Shown piece by piece: positions 27,099 to 38,240 of a stretch of DNA of 64,000 nt. The stretch comes from a virus (taxonomy: Duplodnaviria > Caudoviricetes). A model generated the notes under the pieces. That model did no database searches. It saw only the letters and a program-made list of their open reading frames with translations, and had not been told where the DNA came from. Location of the stretch: IMG/VR virus record IMGVR_UViG_2934390892_000001, positions 1-64,000 of that record; one strand, written 5' to 3'. The stretch's first letter is position 1. Each line of letters begins with the position of its first letter. A program made the position numbers and the translations under genes.

Positions 27099-28022
27099 CC
27101 GCCCCGATGCTGTTCAAGCTCGTCAGGGATCACGACGTCAGTGGCGTGTCCGGCGTGGGTGAGGTCGCTGACGGGGTGATCTGGCCGGACGGCACCGTGT
27201 CGGTCCGCTGGCGTGGAGAGCGTCCGTCGGTCGTCCACTGGGTCAACCTCGACGACGTCAAAGCGATCCACGGCCACAGCGGAGCAACGAGGGTCGTGCT
27301 GCCATCCTCCGAGCGCGAGCGGCTTGGCCGGATCGCTGACGCGCATGCGAAAGACGACGGCGGAGCGGGCACCACGTCCGGGATGTGTCAGGAGTGCGGC
27401 TGGGCTCACCCGTGCCCCACGTTCGTGTGGGCGACCACCGAACGGGACGCGAACGCGACCTGGGATCCCCGCGACGACGAGGCTGAGGAGGCGTCGTGAT
27501 CGTCGAACCCTTGGTCGTGCTGATCCTCCACTGCTCCCGCTGCAACACCCCGTGGACCGACCCGGACACCGAGTCCCCGGTGTGGTGGGCCGACGTCGAC
27601 CAGATCGCGGCCATGTTCAAGCAGGCAGTCGGCGCCGACTTCTACGGCTGGCGCCGCGCCGGCGACCTGTACCTGTGCGAGGACTGCCACATCGTCGAGG
27701 GCGGCGAGGTGGTGGAGAAGGCGCCGCTCCGGCCCGTCGAGCAGGCAGCGGTCCTCCGAGCGCAGACCACCTACGCGCGGCGCATCGGCGAGGTGGCCGC
27801 GTACGAGCTGGCGCCGAGTCTGACAGGGGAGTCCCGGTGAGCATCCGTCACGTCGCCTTCGACTGCGACACCCCCGGCTGCTGGGCGCACTGCCAGATCA
27901 ACGCCAGGCACGTGGACTCCGCCTTCGCGATCGCGGTCGAGCGGTACGGCTGGAGCGAGCGTGACGGCCAGCAGTACTGCGGTCCATGCACGCGAGGTGA
28001 GCGGCCGGGGGAGTCCCGGTGA
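27095..28022 (+). CDS. Three small coupled hypothetical genes (27095-27499, 27496-27840, 27837-28022)
   Basis: 4-nt start/stop overlaps; Cys motifs. Confidence 0.55.
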
Positions 28023-28243
28023 CCTTGCAGGACGACCTCCGCTCGCTCCTCGTTGGCGAGCTCCGTTCGGCGCGCCTATCGCAGGCTGAGGCGGCCCGCC
28101 GGTTGGGCCTCTCGGCGAAGCACATAAACCAGATGCTCACCGGGCGGGCCCCGCTCAGCGTGGAGTGGGCCGATCAGATCGCCGACCTGTGCGGCAGGGA
28201 GCTGCTGGCCGCCAGTCGCCCGGTGGCGGGGGAGTCCCGGTGA
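28019..28243 (+). CDS. XRE HTH protein
   Basis: LSQAEAARRLGLSAKHINQMLTG. Confidence 0.8.
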   Translation: MTLQDDLRSLLVGELRSARLSQAEAARRLGLSAKHINQMLTGRAPLSVEWADQIADLCGRELLAASRPVAGESR

Positions 28244-28247
28244 AGGG

Positions 28248-28496
28248 CTACTCGGGGTCGGGCTGCTCGCGGGTCCTTGGGCCACGAGAAAGCGGCTCGA
28301 CACCCCGTGCTCGGAGCTCTTTCCGGATGGTGACGGCGGTCGTGAAGGAGCGGGGGGCGATGCTGTCGGCAGATTCGAGCCCTGCCCGGACCCTCTCGGC
28401 GCACAGGTCGAAGAACTCTGCTTTGGCCTGGTCTAGGGCGGCTTGAAGCTTCTGGCAGCGCTTGCTGGATGCGGCGATCGAATCGGCAGGGCTCAT
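28248..28496 (-). CDS. Small reverse-oriented putative regulator
   Basis: Helical small protein, divergent from an AT-rich CGAAA-repeat intergenic region. Confidence 0.5.
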   Translation of the reverse strand: MSPADSIAASSKRCQKLQAALDQAKAEFFDLCAERVRAGLESADSIAPRSFTTAVTIRKELRARGVEPLSRGPRTREQPDPE

Positions 28497-28601
28497 GCGA
28501 AAGATAGTACCGAAAGAGGCTTGCGAAACCTAGCGTCGTAGGCCATAGTCGTAAGTAGATTTCGAAACCAAAGATCGAAACTCGGCAGCGAGGAGACGAG
28601 C

Positions 28602-31346
28602 ATGACCGCCGTCCGCGAGATCGACCTCGGCACCCTCAACCGCGACCGCCAGGGCCGCTTCACCAAGGTCTTCACCCTGCAGTACGACACCCACGTCAAG
28701 GGGAGCGTCGCGGTCGTCAAGCTGGTCCGCCACCTGCCCGCCTCCGGCGTCGAGACCATCGGCAAGGTGCTCATGAAGGTGTCCGAGGACGTCGCCTGGA
28801 ACATCGAGGTCCTCGACAGCGACGGCAACGACTGCACGTTCGACTTCGAGTGCTTCCAGGGCTGACCGGACATGGCTATCAACTGGGGCGACCTGCCCTC
28901 GGCGCCCGAGAACGACACCGCCGAACAGCGCGACGCACGGATGGCGGAAGGTCGCCCGTGCCTACGCTGCCCCAAGAAGGCAACGACCGCGTACGTGATC
29001 CAGACCAGGTCTGGCCCGCGCTGGATCGACCTGTGCAAGGCCGACAGCGACGCCATGGTGCGCTGGCTGCACCGGGAGATCGTCGTGGTCGAACTGCCCA
29101 CATCGGCCAACCCTGAGCCGCAGCCGCCCGCCTCGCCGATGGACGCCCTGGCCGAGTTCCTCTCCACCCGCTGACCTTCTCCGGCTCCGGGAGACCGGGG
29201 CCACCTTCCTTTCCTAAAGACCACCCCTCCCGCCCGACGTAGGAGAAGTGACGATGCTCATGGCCACCGAGACCTGTGCTCGACCTGAGCCGCACGAGAG
29301 ATCGCGAATCTGGCATGCCCGTGCTGGCGACTTGCTGGAGCAGGCGCTCGGGCAGTTCCGAGATGGCGAGGATGCCATCCCCGCCGTGGGGGCGGCTCTC
29401 GCCGCCTTGCGGATTGCGGTGGGGGAGCTGGCCGAGGACGCGCTGGACTTCATGTTCCCGGAGGCGGATCGCTGCATCTGCCCGCCTGACCTCCGCCGTC
29501 GCGGCGGGTTTTGCGGGGGTTGCCCCGCTCACGCCTCGGCCTAGCGCCACCTGACCTTTCCCGGCCCCGGAACCCCTCTGGGGCCACACCCAAACCCTAA
29601 CGATCAAGGAGCCCCGAGATGCGGACGACCCTCACTCCCGAAAAGCTCGCCGAACTCGCGGCACAGGGCAGGGCCGAAGCGGCGAGAAGCCCTTTCGTGG
29701 ACCCTTGTGCAGCCGTCCAGTCGAAGAAGCTCTTACGTGAGCGCGGCGAGGAATGGGCGGCGAGCGTCCTCATGCGAGACCTGTCCCGCCGCTCGATCGC
29801 ACTCCCGCACCTGCCATGGCTCGAGGACGGCGAGATAGAGACGCTGATCCTCGCTGACCGTGCCGAATGGGAGCTGTTTGAGCACGCCGCGACCGCCTGA
29901 CCCCTCTGGTCCGGCTGCTTCCTGCCGGGCCAACCCTCAACCCCCTGGAGACCGACATGCACACCGACACCGAGGACCTCGCCGCGATCGACTTCGACGA
30001 CCTACTCGACACCTACCTCGCGCACCCCAAGCTCTGCCCGTGCACCCGATGCGCCGAGATGGATCGGCGACTGGGCGAGATGTGCGTCCACCCAGGCTGC
30101 CGCAAGCTCAGCGAGCCGGGGAGTTGGCGGTGCGGTGACCATCCGTCCACGACTCGCCTGCATGTCGCGAACTGACCTTCTCCTGTCTCCCGGCTCCTGC
30201 CGGGGAGACGCCCAATCCTCACGGAACGGAGATCAACATGCCTGACACCCAGTTCTACGGCTCGCTCGACGGTCGCGGCGATGAGGAGATGGGCGTCCAC
30301 CGCGACGGAGACGACCTCACCCTCGTCGTCGGCGGGCACCGCGTCAGGTTCGACGACATCGACGACGCGCTGTTCCTCGCTGACCAGTTGCATGCCGCTC
30401 ACGCAGACGCCCTTCGCCGCCTGCCCTGACCTTCGGCTCTCTCCTCCCGGCTTGGACGGGCAGCCTCAGAGGCAGGAGGGAGCACCAGACCCAAGACCAT
30501 CAACGACAAGGGAGACCCGTGGAGCGCACGCCCAGCACAGACAACCAGGCGGCAATCGCGGCTCGGTTCGCCATGACCGGTAGAGACGACCCGACGATCG
30601 CCCGAGTCCTGGAGTGCTCAGTCAGCCACGTCCGCGCCCTCCGGAAGGAGTACGGCATCGACCCGGGGGAGACGCGGTGGCTGTCGAACACCAGCCCGTT
30701 GAACACCCGCTACGAGACGCCTGTGGACTCCTCCCTCCCCGAGAAGGGCTGACCGATGGCCAAGATCGACGCACCGCCCGTGACAGTCGGCAGCGTGTGG
30801 GCGTGCAACTCCGCCCGGGAGTGGGGCCGCTCAGTGGAAGTGATCGCCATCCGGGACGACTACGCGGTGGTGAAGACGCTCACCAACTCCCACGAGGTGC
30901 AACGGGGACTGGACGCCAACGAGAGGTGCGAGCGGGCAGATGCGATGAGGCCGTTCCCGAACGTCTTCGACCGGGTCGGTATGACTGGCCGCATCCGGCT
31001 GCACCGGATGCGGCCCACCGCCAACGGCTACCGGTATGTGACGGATGCCGCCGTGGTGACGAACGACGCTCTCGCAGCGCTGTTCGCCGCTGAGCCCGAG
31101 GAGGGCTGACCCGTGACGACCACGATCGACGACCTCGCGGGCCGCATGTGGAGCGACGAATCCGACACCGTAGCCGAACTCCAGCCGGACGGCTCCTGGA
31201 CGGTCACCGGCAGGCCCGGCCGCTACAACCGCAACCAGGCCATCACCGCCATGGTTCTCGCCGAGTCCTACGCGGCAGGGACGCCGGCCGATGACCCGTT
31301 CGTGCAGGGATGGGAAGCCGAACTGAAGGAGCCCCGTCATGGCTGA
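28602..31346 (+). CDS. Run of small accessory genes (28602-28865, 28872-29174, 29248-29544, 29619-29900, 29956-30175, 30238-30429, 30519-30752, 30756-31109, 31113-31346)
   Basis: Most have GGAG-type SD sequences; no recognisable domains. Confidence 0.5.
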
Positions 31347-31881
31347 CCAAGAGCCGAAGCGCATCCAGCGCAAGAGGACGGGCGGGTGGAAGATGCCCGA
31401 GGGCGCGGTGTACGTAGGCCGCCCGAGCAAGTGGGGCAACCCCTTCGGCTACCGCACATACTCCGGTCTCGCCCGCGTGCCAGCAGTCCTCGACCCGACC
31501 GCCGAGTGGGAGTACGAGGGGCGGATCAGCGGCGATGGCACGCGCCACGACTACCACCACCCGGACGGCACCGTCACCATCTGCCACGTTCGGTACATGA
31601 CCAGGGCCGAGATCGTCGAGACGTTCCGGCTGGCCCTGCTTGAACGGGACACGCCCTCCATGCGGGCGGCGTTCCCGAGCGGGAGAGGCAAATGGCTCGG
31701 CAGGTGGGTCGGCAAGCATCCCAATCGGCGCCGCGCGTACATCACCGTTGAGGACGTCCGCCGCGAACTCGCGGGTAGGGACCTCGCCTGCTGGTGTCCA
31801 CTCATGGATGAGCACGGCAACCACGTTCCGTGTCACGCAGACGTCCTGCTGGAGATCGCGAACGGAGAGCCCGATGCCTGA
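31339..31881 (+). CDS. DUF4326 domain protein
   Basis: RIQRKRTGGWKMPEGAVYVGRPSKWGNPF...LAGRDLACWCP...CHADVLLEIAN. Confidence 0.88.
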   Translation: MADQEPKRIQRKRTGGWKMPEGAVYVGRPSKWGNPFGYRTYSGLARVPAVLDPTAEWEYEGRISGDGTRHDYHHPDGTVTICHVRYMTRAEIVETFRLALLERDTPSMRAAFPSGRGKWLGRWVGKHPNRRRAYITVEDVRRELAGRDLACWCPLMDEHGNHVPCHADVLLEIANGEPDA

Positions 31882-32392
31882 CCCCATCCCAGCGGAAGCT
31901 GTACAGGCCGTTGAGGCGGTGTTGGCCGCACTGCCGGAGCTTGTCCGTGAGGTCCGGCGCGCTCGCGGACTGTCGCTGCGGGCCGCAGGCGACCAGGCCG
32001 GATGCGGCTTCAACACCCTGTCCCGCGTCGAGCGGGGCATGGACTGCTCACTCTCCAGCACCCTCGCAATCTTGCGGTGGATCACCCGCAACCAGGAGAA
32101 AACCATGCCCGACCAGCCCAACCCCTACCGCGAACGGGCCTACCTCGTCGCGCATCTGGCGGCCCAGTACTTCTCGGCGATCACCTACAACGATCCGAAT
32201 GAACCGGACTGGCCCGTCATCTACATCGAGACTCCGGCGGGTCAACTGTCGTGGCATCTGAGCCCGGACGACCTCGACCTGTTCGACCATGTGCTCAGGG
32301 TCACCCCGGACTCGATCACGTGGGACGGCCATAGCACGGAGGAGAAGTACCAGCGGCTCGCCAAACTCACGGCCAAGGCGACCGATGCCTGA
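31874..32392 (+). CDS. XRE HTH fused to a conserved phage domain
   Basis: RGLSLRAAGDQAGCGFNTLSRVERG, then YRER...GQLSWH...WDGHSTEEKYQRL. Confidence 0.6.
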   Translation: MPDPIPAEAVQAVEAVLAALPELVREVRRARGLSLRAAGDQAGCGFNTLSRVERGMDCSLSSTLAILRWITRNQEKTMPDQPNPYRERAYLVAHLAAQYFSAITYNDPNEPDWPVIYIETPAGQLSWHLSPDDLDLFDHVLRVTPDSITWDGHSTEEKYQRLAKLTAKATDA

Positions 32393-32429
32393 CCTTCCCG
32401 AGGAAGCCCGCCAGTCCGCCTTTGAGACT

Positions 32430-32470
32430 TCCTTTGAGGGAACCGACACGGTGTCGGTTCCCTCAAAGGA
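32430..32470. repeat. Perfect 20-bp inverted repeat with a 1-nt spacer
   Basis: tcctttgagggaaccgacac-g-gtgtcggttccctcaaagga. Confidence 0.9.
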
Positions 32471-34153
32471 CGCCATCCATCAGGAAGCCGTACAGGCCGC
32501 AGTCGAGGCGCTGGGCGCCCATCCGTGGAACAGCTACCCGCACGCCGCCCACCGTGAGCACAACTTCGACTCGGCGTGCATGGTGTGCAGAGCCGACTTG
32601 GAGCCGATCGCTCGCGTCATCCTGGAGGCTGCTGCTCCTGCCATCACCGCCCAGGTACTGCGGGGCCTCCTCGCCGCCGCCAAGTCGTGCACGATATGCG
32701 GCGAGATCCACCAGCGGCGCCCTGCCACACGCGACGACGGGATCTCCTACATGTCGTGGGGTCACCCAGAGGACGGCCACGCCTACTTCCAGGCGTCACA
32801 GGAGGCTGCCGCATGGCTCGCCCGCCAGATAGGAGAAGCCCGTGACACCCGCTGAGCTGATCGAGACGGCGCTCCGCGAGCAGATGCGCGTGTGCGCTGG
32901 TGTCCCCATGTCCGGGAGTGAGGCAGAGGACGCGGCCAGGATCGCCGTAGACGCCCTCGCGGGAGCGGGCAAGGTGGTCGTCCCTGCCGCGTACATCCCC
33001 GTCGCCTTGACGAGTCCAGTCGAACTCACCAGCGCGCAGGACTTGCGTGACCACATCCACGCCAGAGACGAGCTGCTCGCCGCTGCTCGCGCCGTCCTTG
33101 CCCGAGGAGGTTGCCCATGACTCCCGTTGAGTTGATCGCCCTGTCCGGCTGTAGCCGACCCGAGGCCGGGCGAGCCTGCTCGATCTGCATCGGCGCTGCC
33201 GAGGCGCACGTGCACGCCGTCGAGAGTGCAGGACTGGTCGTCGTCTCCGCCGAGTTGCTCGACGCCCTCACCGACCCGGACGAGTGCTGGTTCGACCATC
33301 ACGGCGGCTGCCAAGCCCATGGCTACCTGTCGCTGGAACCTGGCGAGCGCTGCCCCCAGGCCGAAGCTCGGGAACTGCTCGCCGCCCTACCCGAGAGGAC
33401 CGAGAATGTCTGACCACGTGACCGTCACTGTGGATGAGACGGAGGGCAGCGCGTTTGCCCGCATTCGCCGCATCGCCGTGGGTGCCGCTAACGGCTGGAC
33501 GCTCGGACCCAACGGCCCCTACCGCAAGCCAGGCATGGCGGGGGCCGACATTGCACACGGACAGGTCCGTGCGGCACTACTCCACCTACTGGAACTCGGT
33601 CTCATCACCATCGACGAACAGCGCCTCAACGAGATGCGCATGTACCAGCCCTGGAGGGATGAAGACCGTGGCTGAAGACCTCCGCCAGCGCTACGCCGAA
33701 GCGCTTCGTACCGCAGCCGACTACGCGATCGTGGGGGAGGCGTCAGCCACGTCGAAGATGCTGGACGCCGTCATGGCCGTACGAGATGAGGAACTGGAAC
33801 GGCTCCGCCTCATCGCCAAGGTCAACTACGGGCTGTACCGCTCCGCCCACGAAGAGGCGGAGATTGCCGCAGCCACCATCGCCCGAGTCCGTCGCCTCAG
33901 GGACGTGTACGAGCAGAACGCCCGCACCATAGAGGGTGTGGCAGGGCGGAACTTCTTCGAGCTGTTCGTTGAGGAGTTGGATGCGGTCCTCGACCCTCCA
34001 TCCGGCCTGCCGACCGAGAAGGAGACTGGGCGCCATGCCGGACACTGGCGGAGTCCTGGACGCCATCGACTCGGCTGTACGCGACTACAGCGTGAGCTCA
34101 GACGCGAATGCGTCGCCCGGATCCGCAATGGGAATGGGCCCGGAGGAAGCCCA

Positions 34154-35080
34154 GTGAGCCAATTCCATGCACGAATTTGCAAGATCGAGGGGTGCCCGGA
34201 AACCATCAGGGCCAAGGGGTTTTGCCCGTTCCACTATCAGCGGCACCTCAGCGGTGTTGCCATGGACGCCCGACGAGTCATCTCGCGCGACGGCCCGTGC
34301 CTGGTCGACGGATGCGAGCGTCCACGGAGGTCGCGCGGTCTCTGCGGACCCCACTACAACCGGGGAATCACCCGCACCGAGTGTCCCGCCTGCGGTGGCA
34401 CCATGAAAAGGACCAGCGGCGTCTGCGACCCATGTCGCCGCGCTGCCATAGCGGCACAGTTGCCCACTGAGAAGACATGCCGCCAGTGCGAACGCACGCT
34501 GTCGATGGATGCGTTCGGGCTCAGGAAGGCAGCCGAAGGCGCTGCGAAGTGGAGATCGCGGTGCAGGGAGTGCGAGGCTGCCGACATCCGGCTGCGCCCA
34601 AAGAATGCCCACCGTGACCGATCGAAGGAGCGGCTCTCCACCCCGTATCTCGGCCTGCGGGCCTACGCCAAGAAGCTCGGCATTCCATGGGTCGAGGTCG
34701 TTGAGAGGTACCCGGCCGACAACAGATGCGAGGTGTGCCGACGCACTCCCGAAGAAGCCAACCCCGGCGGCCGGTACGTGCGACTCTCGCTCGATCATTG
34801 CCATGAGACGGGCGCCCTTCGAGGTTTCCTGTGCGGCCCGTGCAACAGCGGCATTGGCTACCTCGGCGATGCACCTGAGCGTCTGAAGACTGCACTGGCC
34901 TACCTGCTCAAGGAGTCGCCTCAGCACCCCCCAGAAGCCCCCTCCCTCTCCCCCCACCGTGCTCTCGGACTCGGCCCGGATTGCGCTTCTAAGCTCGGCC
35001 TCACCCCGCGCCGGCCGCTCCGCATCACCGGAGTCCCCGCGGGGTGGGACTGTGCCGGGCAAACCGACCTACTGGAGTGA
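34154..35080 (+). CDS. Endonuclease VII-like homing endonuclease with Zn-finger repeats
   Basis: CKIEGC...GFCPFHY and CLVDGC...GLCGPHY repeats; LSLDHCHETGALRGFLCGPCNSGIG. Confidence 0.85.
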   Translation: MSQFHARICKIEGCPETIRAKGFCPFHYQRHLSGVAMDARRVISRDGPCLVDGCERPRRSRGLCGPHYNRGITRTECPACGGTMKRTSGVCDPCRRAAIAAQLPTEKTCRQCERTLSMDAFGLRKAAEGAAKWRSRCRECEAADIRLRPKNAHRDRSKERLSTPYLGLRAYAKKLGIPWVEVVERYPADNRCEVCRRTPEEANPGGRYVRLSLDHCHETGALRGFLCGPCNSGIGYLGDAPERLKTALAYLLKESPQHPPEAPSLSPHRALGLGPDCASKLGLTPRRPLRITGVPAGWDCAGQTDLLE

Positions 35081-35374
35081 CCGATGGATGAGATGCTCGC
35101 CTTCCTCCGGTGCCGTCTGGCTGAGGAGGCGCAGACGGAACGGGCGGCGCCCAAGCGCCGGCTATTCACCCGCATCACCGCTTCCGATGACCTGATTCGA
35201 GAAGACGAGACCCACGGCCGCCTCCTCCGTCACCTTGCGGCCGAGTACGCCAATCACCGGGCCTACCGCGAGGAGTGGCGCCCATGAACGCCGACCAGAC
35301 CGACGTGGACCGCAAGGCACCGGAAGCGGCGTTTGCCCAGTGAGACTGACTCTTCGCACCTACAGTGATGGCTC

Positions 35375-35944
35375 GTGACCGAAGCGCTCCTCGTCGCCTA
35401 CGTCGGCGTCGGAGGCACCCTCACCGCGACGATCGTCACCTTCGTCGGCACCGGCCTTCAGCAGTGGCGGCGAAACCGGGCAGACGACCGCAAGGCAAGA
35501 GAGCAGGCCATCTCCGAGATACTCACCGCCGCGGTGATGCTGGCTACCAGCGTGCAGGCGTACCGAACCGCGTGGGTGGACCATTCGTGGCTACGCACCG
35601 GGGGTATGCGCCTGCTCACGATTTTCCCGCTCGGGCAGCGGACCCCAGGCTGGCAGGGTCGCATCGCCGAAGTCGCGCGAGTTGGCGAGCAAGACAAGCG
35701 CGCCCTGGTGGCCGACTACCACCAGGTGCTCATGCCGAAAATGGAACGAACTGTACGGGCGCTCAGCGACGTCAGCCTGTGGCGTGACCGCAGATCGCGG
35801 CGCATCGTAGAGCGCGCCCGCAACCTCGCGGAGGTAGCCGGCGAACTCGTCGAAGCTACCGGGGCCAAAGACCATCGCTACCGGCAGAAGCGGTCCGCGT
35901 TCGAGCGGTCCCTGGAAGAGTTCCGCGCTGCGGTTGATCGCTGA
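35375..35944 (+). CDS. Membrane-anchored hypothetical protein (moron-like)
   Basis: N-terminal hydrophobic helix. Confidence 0.55.
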   Translation: MTEALLVAYVGVGGTLTATIVTFVGTGLQQWRRNRADDRKAREQAISEILTAAVMLATSVQAYRTAWVDHSWLRTGGMRLLTIFPLGQRTPGWQGRIAEVARVGEQDKRALVADYHQVLMPKMERTVRALSDVSLWRDRRSRRIVERARNLAEVAGELVEATGAKDHRYRQKRSAFERSLEEFRAAVDR

Positions 35945-36273
35945 CCTGCGGCGGTTCTGCGATAATGGGCGAATCGTGTCCGAATCCCTTGCTCTCATCT
36001 CCCGCCATCCCCGCCTGTCCGGTGTCGAGCTACACCGTGGCCCGCGCTCGGGTGAGTCATACCTGCTCGCGGTCGGCGTCTGCCTCTCCGGCGACCAGCT
36101 CGTCGATCTGGGGGAGTGGCTGGCTGAACGAGGCCGGGAACACACGAGCCCGCCCGAGCGCTAGAAACGCGAAAGCGGCCTCCCGCCCGCCAGCGAGAGA
36201 CCGCCCACAACCCCTCCAGACCCCACAGCCACTCAGTAGGTCTTCCCAAAGCGTACTTCCGGGGGAGACCGAA

Positions 36274-36960
36274 ATGTCCCAACGCACGTACGAGCACCTC
36301 GCCGCTCTACGAGACGCCCTCCAATACCTCAACGACGCGCTGGTGCCAGGCACCCCGCGACGGTGGGCGGAACGTGACCTCACCGCGGAGCAGCGGGCCA
36401 GCATGGACCGGCGTGCGGTCGAGGAGCGGGAAGCCAAGCTCGTCAACCTGGCCAGCGGAATCAAAGCGCTGGGCGACGGTAGGGCGCCGCTGAGGCTGGA
36501 TGTGCTGGACATCATGGCGGACATCGCCGTGTCGCTCCCCGACCTGGAAGAGGCCGTGTGCGAGCAGCTCGGCCTCACCCCGCTTGAAAGGGCGACCACC
36601 GCAGAGCGCATCCTGCGCTTGGTCAACCTGCTCGACCGGATCGACCTGTACGAGGACCTCGCCGAACACGTCCACGCCGAGGCGCTCCGGTTGCGCTGGC
36701 AGGTGGCAAAGGCGATCGGCGACGTGGAGCAGATCCGCAAGCTGAAGTTCCGCTGCCACATCTGCGACGCCAACTCGATGCGGGCATTCCCCGAACGGGA
36801 GCTGATCATCTGCGTCAACGGCGACTGCCGGTGCAACGCCGACGACTGCCCTTGCCAGTGGGAACGGCCCGTCCGGCACCGGTGGACATTCAACGAGTGG
36901 CCGTGGCTGGCCACCCTGCTGGACGAGGGGATCGGCGACGCCGAGGGTGTGGCGTCGTGA
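36274..36960 (+). CDS. Zn-ribbon protein, possible late transcription regulator
   Basis: CHICD...CVNGDC motifs; position at the end of the early region. Confidence 0.55.
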   Translation: MSQRTYEHLAALRDALQYLNDALVPGTPRRWAERDLTAEQRASMDRRAVEEREAKLVNLASGIKALGDGRAPLRLDVLDIMADIAVSLPDLEEAVCEQLGLTPLERATTAERILRLVNLLDRIDLYEDLAEHVHAEALRLRWQVAKAIGDVEQIRKLKFRCHICDANSMRAFPERELIICVNGDCRCNADDCPCQWERPVRHRWTFNEWPWLATLLDEGIGDAEGVAS

Positions 36961-37187
36961 ACGGCCTCCAGGCCGGCGGAGACATCTTCGACGAGGAGTT
37001 GTTCACCGCCGAAGAGGCCGCTGCGGAGGTCGGGATGAAGCCGCAGACCATCTACGTGTGGGTGAGCCGCGGCCACCTCCGCCCGGCTGGGACGCGCGGC
37101 AAGTACAAACTGTTCCGGCTCGCAGACGTGTTCAGGGCGGAGGCGACACGCGACCGAAAGAGGCGCAAACGAGCGGTCGCGTGCTAG
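36957..37187 (+). CDS. MerR-like HTH DNA-binding protein
   Basis: FTAEEAAAEVGMKPQTIYVWVSRGHL...LFRLADV. Confidence 0.8.
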   Translation: MNGLQAGGDIFDEELFTAEEAAAEVGMKPQTIYVWVSRGHLRPAGTRGKYKLFRLADVFRAEATRDRKRRKRAVAC

Positions 37188-37229
37188 ATTGCCCACTGAG
37201 AGATCAAATGGTGCGCGTGAGCCATGCCT

Positions 37230-37257
37230 GAAAGCCCGGCCAATGGTCGGGGTTTTC
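37230..37257 (+). terminator. Putative intrinsic terminator
   Basis: gaaagcccggcca-a-tggtcggggttttc hairpin after the HTH gene. Confidence 0.45.
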
Positions 37258-37625
37258 GCATGTCAGGGCTCCTCTGCGGCGCCTGAGATCCCGGGTTCCC
37301 TCGCGTCGGGCCGCGGCCGTACCGATCCCTTCCGGTATCCGTACCAGCCCGTGTACTCCCTCGTCGGATAGCCGCGCCACGAGATCTGGCATTCGAGGCC
37401 GAGCACGCCCTGATGCCAAGCTTCCAGCACGGCCGGCCGCCAGGTGCCGTCGTCGCACAACACTTCGATCATCTTGCGGACGAACCGCTGCGGTCCCGCC
37501 TCGTCGAGCGTCGCCGACCGCAGCATCGGGCGCGGGTCTTGATGCCACATCGTGCACATGCCGCGTCCTGGAACCATCCCACCATTCTCGTACAACCGTT
37601 CGACTGATCGCCAGGAGTGTGCCCC

Positions 37626-38204
37626 ATGCCCGCCGTCGAGCTCGCACGCGCCACCACTCACTGGCTGATCGACAGGTTCGACGCCGACCAGACCGCGTGG
37701 GTACAGCGCCGCTCCCGCCTGGCCGCCCCTTGCGCAGCTGACTTCGCCCGCTTTGGCGTCCTGCCGTACGAGACGACCGAAGTCCACGGAAACCTGGTCA
37801 CCACCGCAGGGCTCTCCCGCCTGACCTCGCTTCTGATCGCAGGCGGCGGGCAGGCCATCACCAACACCAGCGCCCGGATCGGCGTCGGAAACGCCACCAG
37901 CCCCGCCGCCGCGGTCGGCGACACCAACCTGTCCGCCTCCGCCGGCTCCGCCAACCGCTGGTTCCAGATCATGGACGCCTCCTACCCGCAGGTCAGCGCG
38001 GGCGTACTCACGCTGAAGGCGACCCTCGGCACTGCCGACGGCAATTTTGCTTGGAATGAGTTCGGGATCGACATCGGCACCCCCACCGTCGCCAGCGGCG
38101 CCACCGTCAACGCCACCTTGTTCAACCACAAGACGTCGATCGCCCAGGGCACGAAGGTGGCTGGCCAAACCTGGGCAGCTACAGCAACCTGCACATTCTC
38201 CTAA
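37626..38204 (+). CDS. Putative virion structural (beta-rich) protein
   Basis: NLVTTAG...IGVGN...ANFAWNEFG-type motif resembling fibre/baseplate anchor domains. Confidence 0.6.
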   Translation: MPAVELARATTHWLIDRFDADQTAWVQRRSRLAAPCAADFARFGVLPYETTEVHGNLVTTAGLSRLTSLLIAGGGQAITNTSARIGVGNATSPAAAVGDTNLSASAGSANRWFQIMDASYPQVSAGVLTLKATLGTADGNFAWNEFGIDIGTPTVASGATVNATLFNHKTSIAQGTKVAGQTWAATATCTFS

Positions 38205-38240
38205 ATGATCACGGACGCTGCCCGCGCCCGGAGGTAGCCG

